Of a DNA stretch of 64,000 nucleotides, positions 1 through 14,098 are shown in pieces. The position numbers and the translations under genes were made by a program. The notes under the pieces are model-generated. The model worked only from the letters and a program-made list of their open reading frames with translations, was not told the origin of the DNA and ran no database searches. The stretch's first letter is position 1; every line of letters begins with the position of its first letter. Origin of the DNA: Octopus sinensis (lineage: Eukaryota); assembly GCF_006345805.1 (NCBI RefSeq), contig NC_043003.1, positions 81,096,001 through 81,160,000 of the forward strand, written 5' to 3'.

Positions 1-346
1 TGTTGATACGTATATCGGTAAGACTATACATTTGTTTGCACGTAAATACTGGAAATTTATCCGTATATATACGTTTATATACATATACAAACACTAACAA
101 ACCCATATGTATGTGCTGTGTGTGTGTGTGGGTATGTTCAGGTTTATGTATCTAAACTCTCACATTAATGCATACAAACACACACTCACATACACTCACA
201 CAAACACATGTATATATGTAGAAGAATGATAAAGAGAAAGTTATTTGTATAGTATTATATACGTATTTAAAAAAATGAATGGAGATAGCTGAATTCAAAT
301 AAGAATTATCCTCTCAGAAAAGCCATTTCTACTTAATCTTTAAAAT

Positions 347-353
347 ATATCTA

Positions 354-405
<52 letters not shown>

Positions 406-466
406 ATCTATCTATCTATCTATCTATCTATTTATCTATTGATCTATCTATCTATCTTATCTATCA

Positions 467-546
<80 letters not shown>
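347..546. repeat. (TATC)n followed by (TA)n microsatellite
   Basis: Direct tandem units, visible in sequence. Confidence 0.95.
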
Positions 547-553
<7 letters not shown>

Positions 554-917
554 GTGGGTGTGTGTGTGGTGTGTATGGTGTAGTATCTTATTTTTATTTC
601 AATATCTAGAGACATAACAAACACACAAACACACATAATAGCACGTGTGCGATATTATGTGACAATGTGTATTTTGATACTCCTAAATATCTTTATTATA
701 TGAAAGTTAAGAGGATTCCTAATATATATGAAAATATCTTTACTTTCATGTATTGAGTACATTCTGTGTGTTTATTTTGGGACAGAGTGAAATGATTCCT
801 TCTCCATACCAATATTGCTAAGGATTTCCCTAGTCACATACCAATTTCGAAAAGAAACATATGCATGCGCGCATACAAAGAATTTTTCATATAATTATAT
901 ATATATATATTATATAT

Positions 918-959
<42 letters not shown>

Positions 960-1132
960 TATATTGTATGTATGTATGGATAGATAGATATAGATATAGA
1001 TATATATAGATGTATATATATGGATATTTTTTATGTATGTTTGATGTATGCATATATACATATATGTATATATATATATAATATATATATATAATATGTA
1101 TATGTATGTATGTATGTACGTATATATATATA

Positions 1133-1176
<44 letters not shown>

Positions 1177-1220
1177 GTATATTAATATATATATATATAT
1201 ATATATGAATATATATAGAT

Positions 1221-1532
1221 CGCACCACTCCGTGGGTTACGATGATGCGGGGCTTCAGTGATCCGATCCAAGCCGCTCGTGAAATTAGCCTGCAAGTGGC
1301 TGAGCACACCAGAGACATGCCTACACTTAACGTAGTTCTTGGGGAAGACTCAGCGTGACATAAAGTGTGACAAGAGAAACAGGAAGAAACAATGAGAGAA
1401 TGTTGTGGTGAAAGGGTGCAGCAGAAGCTCATGGAGCGCAATAAACTCTCACAACGCCCGGTCTGGGAATCGAAACCATGAACCTTCGACCGCGTGTTCG
1501 CTGCCTTAACCACTGGGCCATTGCACCTCCAC
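1221..1532 (-). mobile_element. tRNA-headed SINE family B, tail type 1
   Basis: Minus-strand head GTGGAGGTGCAATGGCCCAGTGGTTAAGGCAGCG...GGTTTCGATTCCCAGACCGGGCG has A/B-box-like motifs. The head is shared with the copies at 10341, 21435 and 56185, but the 3' part differs. Confidence 0.8.
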
Positions 1533-1662
1533 ACACAAACAAACACATCATACACATATACGTACATAATTAAATAATATATATATGTATATATCTTATA
1601 CATAAATTAATATATATTTGTATTATTATATATATATATATTAACATATATATTATATATAT

Positions 1663-1702
<40 letters not shown>

Positions 1703-1744
1703 AAACATATAAATTACATATGTATATATGCATATGTGTATATA

Positions 1745-1783
<39 letters not shown>

Positions 1784-2122
1784 TATATAATCATCATTAT
1801 TATATTTCGCTAATGCATTGCGATACACATAACTTCCTGCTAGGACTCAATACACATGTGCTCTACAACAAAGTGTGAGTCGAGTACACAGCAGCAATCA
1901 GAAAATAGTATAACAAACGAATAAAGAAAAATTATGTGATGAACTGCATATGCTTAGAACTGTTTTTGCTATGGGATGTAGTGTACTCAAAGTTTCATCC
2001 TAGTATCAAACATACATTGCAATATTCTTTGGAAAACCATTTACTTGTACATATACATATATAGAGTTACATTCTTACGTACATACATACATATATACAT
2101 ACATACATAATACATATACGCA

Positions 2123-2163
<41 letters not shown>

Positions 2164-2200
2164 ATATGTATACACACACACACACCACAATTATAATATT

Positions 2201-2267
<67 letters not shown>

Positions 2268-2337
2268 TGTGTGTGTTTTTTAGGTTACAAGTGACAGGAT
2301 AAATGAAAAGGAGCAATCAACACTTCTAGTAGGAGTT

Positions 2338-2388
<51 letters not shown>

Positions 2389-2683
2389 GGTGTGTGTGTG
2401 TATTTATGTAATATAGGTGTGTGTGTGTGTATATCTCTATATGTATATAAATATATATATCTATATATTACGAATGGAGTATGGCAATACGTGTTACATA
2501 ACTTTCATAGCGAGTGGAACCTCAGAAATGATAAGCACCAGTGTAGGTATACCGCCGGCTATCCTTCAGACCAAGGGTATCTAGATTAAGTAAAGGCTAC
2601 GTTGTCGCAATAAGATACATGTGACGCAAATGTGTGTCTGTGTGTGAGTGTTTGTGGAAGTGTTTATGTTTGTGTGCGTGTTA

Positions 2684-2754
<71 letters not shown>

Positions 2755-3979
2755 ATTCCATCTTGTTGCTTTTTCCTATATATATATCCATATTTATATT
2801 TTTATTATATATATGTGTGTGTGTATATATCCCATCAATCTGTTTATACTTATGGAAGCAAACACACACACACACTCATATACAAACGCACCCATATACA
2901 TATTTATACGCATATTCTGTTTGTATATATGTATATGTGTATATGTATATATGTCTGTGCACACACAAGCAAATTACATTTTTATGTAATTATATAATGT
3001 TAATTCATTTAAACTGTATTCTCTAAAAGTTACATCCCTAGTAAATCTATTCTAGCTAATAACAATATGATGATATGTATAAAAATCTGGTTCAATAATC
3101 TGAGATTTTGACTCCATGTGAGTGTTGGATTAACATAAGATAACAGAGGATATTTCACATAAACCTTTCTCTAGTTGTTGAAACATTATTTAACAAAAGG
3201 CGTTTTGTAGTTGCGGTTATTTCGTACACCTACACACATACTCACACATACATAACCCATACACACTCCGAAATATGTATGCTATATATATGTCTATATA
3301 AACATACATACATACATACATACATACATAACATAGATATATCTGTATATATATATATATATATATAATATATATATATTATATATATATATATATATAT
3401 ATGTATGATATATATAATACACACATTAAATATACTAATAATTTCACAATATGTTACATGTTATTACGTTATACTCATATGCAAATGTGTATTGTAATCA
3501 TACTATTATGCATGTATGTATATATACATATATATGTTGTAGGGGTGTATACATATTCATATATATGTATATATATATATATGTATATAAGTATATATAT
3601 ATATTTATACATATGTGTATATATTTGAGTTTGTGTTTGAGATTGTGTGCGTGCATACGTGTGTGATTGTGTGGATGTGTGTGCGAGTGTCTATACGGAG
3701 CGGAGACAAAGAGATCGATCGATCGATATATGGATAGATTCATAGGTATATGTATATAAAGATATATAGACAGATACGTTGATTTTGATATTCTTTCATC
3801 TTTCACTTTTGCAGAACATTGTTTGTTGATCTCACCGTGGAAACGCTTCCAATGGCTGGCCGTTCGTCGATAGCCTGTGTGTGTGTGTGTGTTTATATGT
3901 GAGTATGAACGTGTGTGTTTGTATGTGCCAGTGAGTATGTTTATATTAGGAGACTGAGTCAAAAAGACACAGAAAAAGA

Positions 3980-4014
<35 letters not shown>

Positions 4015-4669
4015 CATTGAATACTTTTGTGGAGAGTTAGAGCCTATAGATCATCACCCATGGACTTGGAAATATATGAATGTCATCACCAGCTGCTTCG
4101 TTTAGATTTAAGGTGTGTTTACATACACGCGCGAGCGTACTCATGTAGGTATACAGACATTTACACGCACACACACTAATATATATTTACATATATATAT
4201 ATATTAGATACATGGATAGGTCTATATAATTGCTTTTGTTGATTACCTGGTAATATTACTAGATAATATTACTCATACATGTGCAGACAAGTTCGAGATT
4301 CATGTATACACCCACTCTTTCTCTCTATCATTATTTCACCCTTTCTCTGTATATATGTGTATGCGTGTGTATACTTATATATGTATATGTGTATATATAT
4401 ATATGTGTGTGTGTGTGTGCATATATATATGTATACACATGCATACACAAACAGACACACACATATATATATATATATGTAGTATATAAATATATACATA
4501 AATCATCTATACGTATCTGTCGATACACACATTGTGGCTTATATGAGTGTATGCATATTCTTTTATCTTTTATTCGCTTCAGTGATTTGCCTCCACCCAT
4601 ACTGGCGCATCGTCTCGTAGAATTACCTAGGCGAGTAAATCGACACGAGTGCCGTGCCTTTTTACAAGG

Positions 4670-4762
<93 letters not shown>

Positions 4763-4790
4763 CTGTAAATAAATATGTATGCATGTATAC

Positions 4791-4948
4791 GACATACGAC
4801 GGTGCTTTCAGTTTCTGATTAGCAAGTGCATTCACAAGACTTTGATCACCCCTAGGTTTTACTGAAAGATATGTGCCCAAGAGGCCTCATAGTGAGACTG
4901 AACCCCGAAACACATGGCTATGTAGCAAACATATTACCACAGAGTCAC
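4791..4948 (-). mobile_element. SINE family A, diverged 5' half
   Basis: Reverse complement matches the family A head and core (GGTTCAGTC B-box, CTTGGGCA core, TGTGAATG..., CAGAAACTGAAAG). Confidence 0.7.
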
Positions 4949-5149
4949 GTATAATAAATATGTATAAATCTTGCACACATTGTTTGTAAAATTAAAGAGT
5001 TACAAAAAGGAAATCGCGTATGTTTATATTGGGAAGAGGACATAACTGAGCCATTAGAGAAAACAGGATGACATACACCTTGGTGGCAAGAAGAATATGA
5101 TTCCTGAAAAATGGTAACAGGGAAAAGAGCCATAACGAATAGAAGCTCT

Positions 5150-5270
5150 GCAACAACAACAACAGCAACACTAACAACAACAACAAATTAACAGCGATAG
5201 GAATAACACCAACACCAACAACGATAATGATGATGAAGATAATAATAATAATGATAATACTAACAATAAC
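5150..5270. repeat. (ACA)n/(AAT/GAT)n trinucleotide tract
   Basis: Imperfect trinucleotide repeats. Confidence 0.8.
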
Positions 5271-5372
5271 GATAGTTTCAAAATTAGACACCATGCACCA
5301 TGACAATATTTGTGCGCTCTATACTTAAGAGATGAGGAATTATGTACCTTATTCACATTTGATGGATGCTTT

Positions 5373-5630
5373 GTGGGCATATGGCGTAGTCGTTAAGAGC
5401 GCGGGCTACAGACCCCAAGATTCTCAGTTCAATTCCAGGCAGTAATCTCAATAATAATAATAATAATAATAACACCACCATTGAAAAATACCTTAGGAAT
5501 GAGAACCCAGGTTCGAAATTTCCCTATGAGATCTGATAAAGTTTGGGTGGTATATCAGCCGAAACGTTGAGTAACAACAAACAAGATGAGGACAAATATC
5601 CGTCAAATGTAAATAATGTAAAATAATGTA
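5373..5630 (+). mobile_element. tRNA-headed SINE-like element (family E) with internal (AAT)n and a hammerhead-like 3' motif
   Basis: A-box-like TGGCGTAGTCG, B-box-like AGTTCAATTCC, (AAT)n at about 5449-5470, CTGATAA...CAGCCGAAACGTT at 5533-5568, and a terminal tandem AAATAATGTA x2. Confidence 0.65.
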
Positions 5631-6265
5631 TCATATTTGTGCGTGCATGGGGATTTTGTATATATATATATATATATATATATAACTTATATATATAATA
5701 TAATATATATATATGTATAAATATAATATTATATATACATAACATATATATATATAGTTATATATATATATATATATATATAATTAATATATAATGATTC
5801 AAACGTCATTGAATATATTAAACCTTGGGCAGTGTAAAAAAATGTCATCAATCTATTACGATATGTGTACGTGTGTGTGTGTGTGTTTATATGCGCACGT
5901 GCGTGCGTGTGTGCGTTTATTCACATTTATAGTATTAACACTAAATTAAGATAGACTTTGGCTGCTAAAAATATGTACATTCTTCACTTAGGGCTTAGCT
6001 GAACGTTGCCTTCCACTGAATACCTAAAAGCCTAAAACAGAATCCTTCAATAAATGTAAATCTTCAGTCAGATGCGAAAAAAGCTTTTGCTCTAACTTCT
6101 TCTCCTTAGAAATTGCACCAGGCAGTCGTTCTTTCTTAACAGGTAACAAGCGATCGATATAACTGTACCTGATGGTCACTTGTCAGCTCCTTTAAACAGA
6201 AGAGAGATTTCTTGCTGATGTTTTTTCTGCAATAGAAATACACTAGGGAAATAAATTAAAAATTC

Positions 6266-6266
6266 G

Positions 6267-6304
<38 letters not shown>

Positions 6305-7015
6305 GTGGTGATGATGATGATGACAACGACGACGACGACGACGACGACGATGATGATGATGATGATGACGACGACGATAATGATGACGACGATGACGATG
6401 ATGATGCGAATGCTGATGGACGATGACGATGAAGACGATGATGTTAACGACGACGACGACGACGACAATGATGATGACGATGACGATGATGATGCGAATG
6501 CTGATGGACGGTGACGATGAAGACGATGATGTTAACGACGACGACGACGACGACAATGATGATGACGATGACGATGATGATGATGATGCGAATGCTGAAG
6601 GACGGTGACGATGAAGACGATGATGTTAACGACGACGACGACGACGACAATGATGATGACGATGACGGTGATGATGCGAATGCTGATGGACGATGACGAT
6701 GAAGACGATGATGTTAACGACGACGACGACGACAATGATGATGACGATGACGATGATGATGCGAATGTTGATGGACGGTGACGATGAAGACGATGATGTT
6801 AACGACGACGACGACGACGACAATGATGATGACGATGACGATGATGATGCGAATGCTGATGGAGGATGACGATGAAGACGATGATGATGATGCGAATGTT
6901 GATGAACGATGCCGATGAAGACGATGATGTTAACGACGTCGATGACGATAATGACAGCGATGATGAGGTCGACAAGGACGTGAATGACAATGATGATGAT
7001 GATGATGATGATGAT
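6266..7015. repeat. (GAT/GAC)n compound minisatellite with an 85-94 bp higher-order unit
   Basis: Marker GCGAATG(C/T)TGA recurs at 6406, 6494, 6588, 6676, 6761, 6849 and 6892. Confidence 0.95.
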
Positions 7016-7729
7016 TATCCAGATGATCGTAAAAGCCATACTTTTACAGAAGGTTACAAGTTGCTAAAGGATGTGTGTCGACATCGAATCCTTATCAAAC
7101 GATTGCGTGCTACGAACGATTGCAGTCCTAAGTGGGTTGAAAGGAGAGACATGAAACGGAAACAACAGCTGAAGATTTTGACGACATTATCAAATACACA
7201 ACCACAAGCACACGCACGCATGCGCACGAATACACAGGCACACACTCTCACGCATATATACACAGTAACACACACACACTCATACACTTATAGACACCAT
7301 CCAACGTTCATAACATCCCCATCTTCTACAAGTTGTACATCACTGTCTACTTTCTGTGTACATAATTACAGTATTCTTACTTCTTTAACGTGCAAGAAAT
7401 AGCAGCAAATTCTCCTCCAATTTCCTGCTAGATTGTACAAGTTCTTTTCCTGTGTGAGTGTGTGTGTGAGCGTGTGTTTCCATGTGCATGTGTTTGTATG
7501 TGTGTGCAATGTGTCCACATTGCGTGTTGTTACCTTCATCAGCTTGAAACTTGGGGTTCACGGTGATTTCATCACCTTGAGGAACGTGTAGTCCAATGAA
7601 TCGACCTTACAGTTTTTTTAAAAAAACCTGGCATTTATTCCATCGATTTCTCTTGCAGAATCACTAAGTTACGGAAGGAAAACAGAAAAGACCTGCGATG
7701 ACAAACACACGTACACATGCTCTCCATTC

Positions 7730-7860
7730 GATTTCCTCTTACCTTATCCCCTCACAAATTTTGGATCAGCTCGAGCTATTAGTAGAAGACACCCAAGGTG
7801 CAACCCTGTGGGCTGAAGCCAAAACGAAATGATTGGGAAACAAACTTCTTTCCACACACC
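7730..7860 (-). mobile_element. SINE family A, diverged 5' half
   Basis: CTCACAAATTTTGGATCAGCTCGAGCTATTAGTAGAAGACACCCAAGGTG is the reverse complement of the family A core. Confidence 0.6.
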
Positions 7861-7867
7861 CACACAC

Positions 7868-7901
<34 letters not shown>

Positions 7902-7915
7902 ATATATATATATAT

Positions 7916-7966
<51 letters not shown>

Positions 7967-8504
7967 CATATATATATATATGTATATATATATATGTATG
8001 TAAAGTGCATTATTAATAAAGACTCCAAAGACAGGTGTATACCTCGGGAATATGATCTATGAACAACGTAGGATTTAAATATTGATAGCATGCACGGACG
8101 AACTGAATGTGGGTTGCAGGTGATAAGTATAACCGTTAAATATTAAATCCATCCACCTTTTGGTTGACAACTTAACACCTAATAATGAATACGGATATTT
8201 AACTAATCTATATTAAAAACACTCGTAATGGCAGGTAGTGATACGTAAATTCAGCTTTTGGCATCATGCCATATGTTATAATCGCATAGCTAGGTATCTA
8301 TGCTTGACGCGACTTTGGTACATACTTTGTTCCTTATTGCAAAGGGACATAACTTCAAACTACATGCCATTTTGTATTTTCATCATCTTTTTCTATATCT
8401 TTCACTATTTAGCCTCTGTAACCCTATGACTTCGAGTGTCATGAAGATATCACAATGTAGTTTGTATCAGTAATTTTGTTTAGTTATATTGTTCTTGTAT
8501 TCTT

Positions 8505-8763
8505 TTCCTTGCTTCAGTCAGTTGACTGCGGCTGTACTGGAGCGCCGCATTCAAGAGTTTTTAGTTGGACAATTTGACCATAGGACTTATTTTTAAAGCC
8601 TAGTACATGTCCTATCGGTACCTGTTGCCGAACCGGTAAGTTAGATGTGGCGTAAACATACCAACATAGGTTGTCAAGTGATGATGGTTGGGCCAAGCAC
8701 AGGCGCAAAGACGCACGCAATATATAAATATAAATATGAATATAAATAAATATATATACATAT

Positions 8764-8797
<34 letters not shown>

Positions 8798-8820
8798 ATC
8801 TTATATATATATATAATATA

Positions 8821-8910
<90 letters not shown>

Positions 8911-9072
8911 TACAACGGGTTTCTTTCAGTTTCCGTCTACCAAATCCATTCGTAAGACTTTGGTCGGCTCGAAGCTATAGCAGAAGACAACTGAACAAGT
9001 TGCCACGCAGTGGGACTGAACCCAGAACTAAGTGGATGGGAAGTAAGCTTCTTATCAGACAGCTACACCTGC
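8505..9072 (-). mobile_element. SINE family A, near full length, with an expanded internal microsatellite
   Basis: 3' half at 8505-8720 (CAGTCAGTTGACTGCGGC...TTGTCAAG) and 5' half at 8911-9072 (TTTCAGTTTCCGTCTACCAAATCC...GGGACTGAACCC), separated by (TA)n/(GATA)n. Confidence 0.8.
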
Positions 9073-10340
9073 AACTATTGTAAATTTTTGCTGGGTAAAA
9101 TACACATTTTCCGGTGATTTACCCGAAACCTTTTATTAACTCAGGATAATAAAACTTAAGAATCTATCCCGAACTTTCCACTTTTTGACTTTATTTAATT
9201 CTTCCATCGTTTCGGAGTCGAAATAAGAAACATCATTTATCAACAAAGCTAATTCAAATCATCAAACTCTCCGCTTAAACTTCTAGTCTTATATCCTTTG
9301 TTTTTGTTGACCTTATTTTATCATTAGGGTAAATCCAATATTTATGTGTTTTGTAATTCACCTTTATTGTCCTAAGTGTTTTCTTCCTTCTGCTCAATAA
9401 AAGACATTCTCAACATCGCCGTCATTTCCCCATCCTCATCATTATTTATGGATATGTGTTTTGTATTGCAATTGCCAAAGACAAATACTGACTCCTATAT
9501 AATTACCTCCCTTTACGCTCTTAGCTCAACGACGGTTAGGTTCTCTGCTGTATCCTTGCTTCTATAGCTGAAGTTTAATCGTCTTCAACGTTCCCAGCTA
9601 CATCATCTCAGTTTTCAAGGTAGGGAACAGTCATTAAGGGAAAAACAAAAAAAGTGCAGGATTATCCCTGAGTTAGAAATTAATATTTTGTGTTGTAGTA
9701 ATGTTAGTACTATGCAGAACAACAGAAAAAAATATTTCTATTTTCATATATATTTTAAATATTATTATCTCCCTTTATGTTCCGAGACCAATCCCATTGA
9801 TACCGCCATTATATCTCATCCTTGTGAAATCAATAAAAATTAATGATTCTTGCATTGAAAACTCCATGTTAAAAATCTGATGTCTTGTAACTATCTTAGA
9901 AACCGTTACTATCAATATATATACTACAACCATTTTCCACAACTATCCCGATACACGCACACAAACTCACAGACATGCAACTATGCATATATGTGTATAT
10001 ATATGTTTATAAATATGTATTGCATATGATTGTGTTTGTGCTTGTGTGTGTGTGTGCATACATTAGCTATCATTTGTGTGTATGACCTCATGAATATCAC
10101 CAGGCTTATGCTAATTGATCTAAGGGTGTATGTATTCGCTAGTTACCCGAGACACTCATTCGGTCAACTCAAATTCAAACACCGGAACATCGAAGACGTG
10201 ACAGAAGGCAGGGATAGAAGGATGCCACAGAGCTTGAGATGTTGTTCGTTTCAATTGACTCGATTAATGCAATGAAAAAATCATATTTATATGTGTATAT
10301 ATGTGTAGTTGTGTACGTATGTATGTATGTGTATATATAA

Positions 10341-10635
10341 CGTGACCGACCAGACCATCAGATGTTGTTACACATCGCTGGTCACAATGCGTTCGCATTG
10401 TTTTAGGTTTCGAATGACGCCACCCCGCTGGCTAAGCGAGCAGGCCAACAGAAGAAAGAGTGGGACAAAGAGTGGTGAGAGAGTACAGCAGGGATCACCA
10501 CCCCCTGCCGGAGACTCGTGGAGCTTCTAGGTGTTTTCGCTCAATAAACACACACAACGCCCGGTCTGGGAATCGAAACCGCGATCCTGCGACCGCGAGT
10601 CCGCTGCCCTAACCACTAGGCCATTGCGCCTCCAC
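10341..10635 (-). mobile_element. tRNA-headed SINE family B, tail type 2
   Basis: Head GTGGAGGCGCAATGGCCTAGTGGTTAGGGCAGCGGACTCGCGG...GGTTTCGATTCCC; tail ends ...CATCTGATGGTCTGGTCGGTCACG. Same structure as the copy at 21435. Confidence 0.9.
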
Positions 10636-10768
10636 ATGTGTATATATATGTATTTATATATATATATATATATTATTTGTGAGTTTGTATGTTTGTATGT
10701 ATGTATGTTTCTATGTAGGTATTTAGATAGGTAGGTACGAAGGTATGTTTAGGGTATGTGCATGAGTA

Positions 10769-10900
10769 CATGGTATAGTGGTTAGGGAGTTCCACTCACG
10801 ATCGAGAGATTACGACATCAGTTCTTGGTCTGGATGGTGCGTTGTGTTCTTAAGTATAACACTTTATCTTATGCTTCTCTGCGATCACTTTGATACTGAT
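10769..10900 (+). mobile_element. Degraded tRNA-headed SINE (family D-like)
   Basis: TAGTGGTTAGGGAGTTCCACTCACGATCG...GCGTTGTGTTCTTAAGTATAACACTTTAT resembles the head and core of the 63717 element. Confidence 0.5.
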
Positions 10901-11661
10901 GTGTTGTACAACTTGCACCTGTTCAAGCAATTACAAATTGATAGAGGGAGTGGCCTAAATTACAGCACAAACATTTGATTACTATAAACAAATCATTCGA
11001 GCAAGTTATTCAAGAAATAATTGTAAATCCGTCTTTCTCGAACTACAGAAGGCGACCATCATGTATGTATGTATGTATGTATGTATGTATGTATGTATGT
11101 ATGTATGTATGTATGTATGTGTATGTATGTATGTGTCTATGTATGTATGTAATGTATGTAAGTATGTATGTATGTATGTAAGTATGTATGTAGCGGTCGA
11201 ATTTCGCCATTCGACGTGGAGAATTCAGTTATATGATCAACATGGGAAATTGTTCTTGAATGAAAATGTAGGAGGTTTAATATTCTATACCCACGGGTCC
11301 ACATTACGTAATTTTCCGACAGAATCAACATGTAGAATGTGACAAAAAATATATAACAAAATTTTAGATATAGGTAATCCGACGGTGTCCTGCACGCAGA
11401 ATCCCGCGGTGGCAGTGCGAACCATATAAAAATTTAAAGATACTGGAAATACATAAGCACAAGTACGTGTACACATGCACAAACGTGCACTCAAATACAC
11501 TTACACACATACATTTACGGGCGCACACGCGCGCACATCCACCCGTACACATAAAACACATGTATATCCAAACATACATAGATTAGTAGAGACAAAAACA
11601 GTGGAATATATGTTTATGCATATACATACATACATATTATATATATACACACACGCTCATA

Positions 11662-11705
<44 letters not shown>

Positions 11706-11711
<6 letters not shown>

Positions 11712-11724
11712 GTATGTGTATCTA

Positions 11725-11760
<36 letters not shown>

Positions 11761-12121
11761 GTGTGTGTGTGTGTGTGTTAGTGTTTGTTTTCTGTGTTTT
11801 AAAATAGAGATCATGAAAAATATATATAATGAGGTTTAGTTTTTACGCTTTATTCGTTTCTGGAATGTTGCCATCGCTTGCGTCACCTCTCGCAGATATG
11901 TATATACGTATGTATGTATGTATGTATGTATGTATGTATGTATGTATGTATGTATGTATGTATGTATGTATGTAGTATGTATGCGTTGTATGTATGTATG
12001 TATTATGTGTATGTATGTATGTATGTATGTATGTATGTGTGTACGTATGTATATATGGATGTGTATTTCTATATCTATATCTTATATATACATGTATCAC
12101 ACTCAATACATATAACAATAT

Positions 12122-12211
<90 letters not shown>

Positions 12212-12252
12212 GAATATATATATATATATAATATATATATGATGTGTATCTA

Positions 12253-12288
<36 letters not shown>

Positions 12289-12678
12289 GTGTGTGTGTGT
12301 GTGTGTTAGTGTTTGTTTTTCTGTGTTTTAAAATAGAGATCATGAAAAATATATATAATGAGGTTTAGTTTTTACGCTTTATTCGTTTCTGGAATGTTGC
12401 CATCGCTTGCGTCACCTCTCGCAGATATGTATATACGTATGTATGTATGTATGTATGTAATGTATGTATGTATTGTAGTATGTATGTATGTATGTATGTA
12501 TGTATGCGTGTATGTATTTATGCATGTATGCATGTATGTATGTATGTATGTATGTTTGTATGTATGTTGTGTGTACGTATGTATATATGGATGTGTATTT
12601 CTATATCTATATCTATATATATACTGTATGCACACTCATACATATATACCAAAATATATGATACATATATCATATATA

Positions 12679-12730
<52 letters not shown>

Positions 12731-12745
12731 TATATAATATATAAT
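11706..12745. repeat. Tandem duplication, unit about 530 bp, with a unique core plus microsatellites
   Basis: Core 11777-11912 matches 12305-12441 apart from one T in a homopolymer. The flanking (TG)n, (TATG)n and (TA)n tracts occur in the same order. Confidence 0.95.
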
Positions 12746-12901
12746 ATATATATATATATATTACTCCTCTCTCTCTCTCTGCCCCTCTCTGTCTCTCATG
12801 TGTCTCTCTCTGTTAGGTAAATATATATAGATAGATATGCAGATATATATATAGTGCGTGTGTACGTGTATATATATATATATATATACACGTACACACA
12901 A

Positions 12902-12948
<47 letters not shown>

Positions 12949-13054
12949 AAACATTATTGGTGAGTTGAAGAAATGGAGCTGAACGCAGATTGAACAGAAA
13001 TCGTTTTATTTCATTCTACACGTGTTTCGAAAGGCGAATATATATATACACACA

Positions 13055-13091
<37 letters not shown>

Positions 13092-14000
13092 ACTCAAACA
13101 ACAGTGTCGAAAATGTGTAGTGTACGATATACATAAGAAGACGATAATTTTTTGAACGCAGAGTTGCCTTTAAAACAGTAAAATGGCTGGGCAAATAAGC
13201 CTTACAAGACTTTAAAATTTGTCAGGAACCAGCCGGCTTTGTAAGGGTAATTTACCCAATATTTCTGCTGTACTAACGGCAACTCTGCGCCCCAAAAAAA
13301 TATCATTTCTTGTTTGTATGAAATATATATTAGATTTAAATATATATATATTTATATATATGTGTGTGTATATATATATATATATATTATAGATAAGAGA
13401 GAGAGAAAGAGAGACACAGACAGACAGACCAACAGACAGGCAGACAAACCCCCACACAAACAGGATGACAGACGCCTTCCCACATACGGTATAGCGTTTT
13501 AAATATCGACAAATTTTTTTTTATAAATAATGTTTGGGTGGAAATGATGCTTGAATTCATTTAGTTTTACATTGTTTGAATCTAAAAACTGTGCATTGAC
13601 GTTCTGTGTATTGCCTATATCAACACCACCTAATGTGCTCAATGGTCGCAATGTTTAAAATTGTGATTTTCTTTTAAGCTAACATATATGGTATATATTA
13701 TATATTTATATAGTAAATATAATACCAATATTCTTCTTGTATAATGATATTTATTGTTAAGCAAATATTGTGTCCGAATATTGTTAATAATGCATTGGGT
13801 ATCATTTATCAAAGACTTGCCAGTTGGTGTGTATGGGAAGGCTATACATACTCACATATACATATATACCTACATACACACACACACTTGCACACACATA
13901 CATATTTACATACATATATATGTGCATGCATAGATATATATTCACACGAATATAGTTTGTATTTATATACATATATGTATATAATATATATATATATGTA

Positions 14001-14052
<52 letters not shown>

Positions 14053-14053
14053 T

Positions 14054-14098
<45 letters not shown>

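Noticed and set aside
3790-3870. Strong acceptor-like TTTCACTTTTGCAG at 3814 followed by a short open frame (HCLLISPWKRFQWLAVRR*)
   Set aside because: Too short, no homology, and it runs into (TG)n; such pyrimidine tracts are common here.
6266-7402. Poly-Asp/Met/Thr ORFs resembling an acidic protein
   Set aside because: The repeat unit length is 1 modulo 3, so the frame shifts every unit; the unique tail has no recognisable domain.
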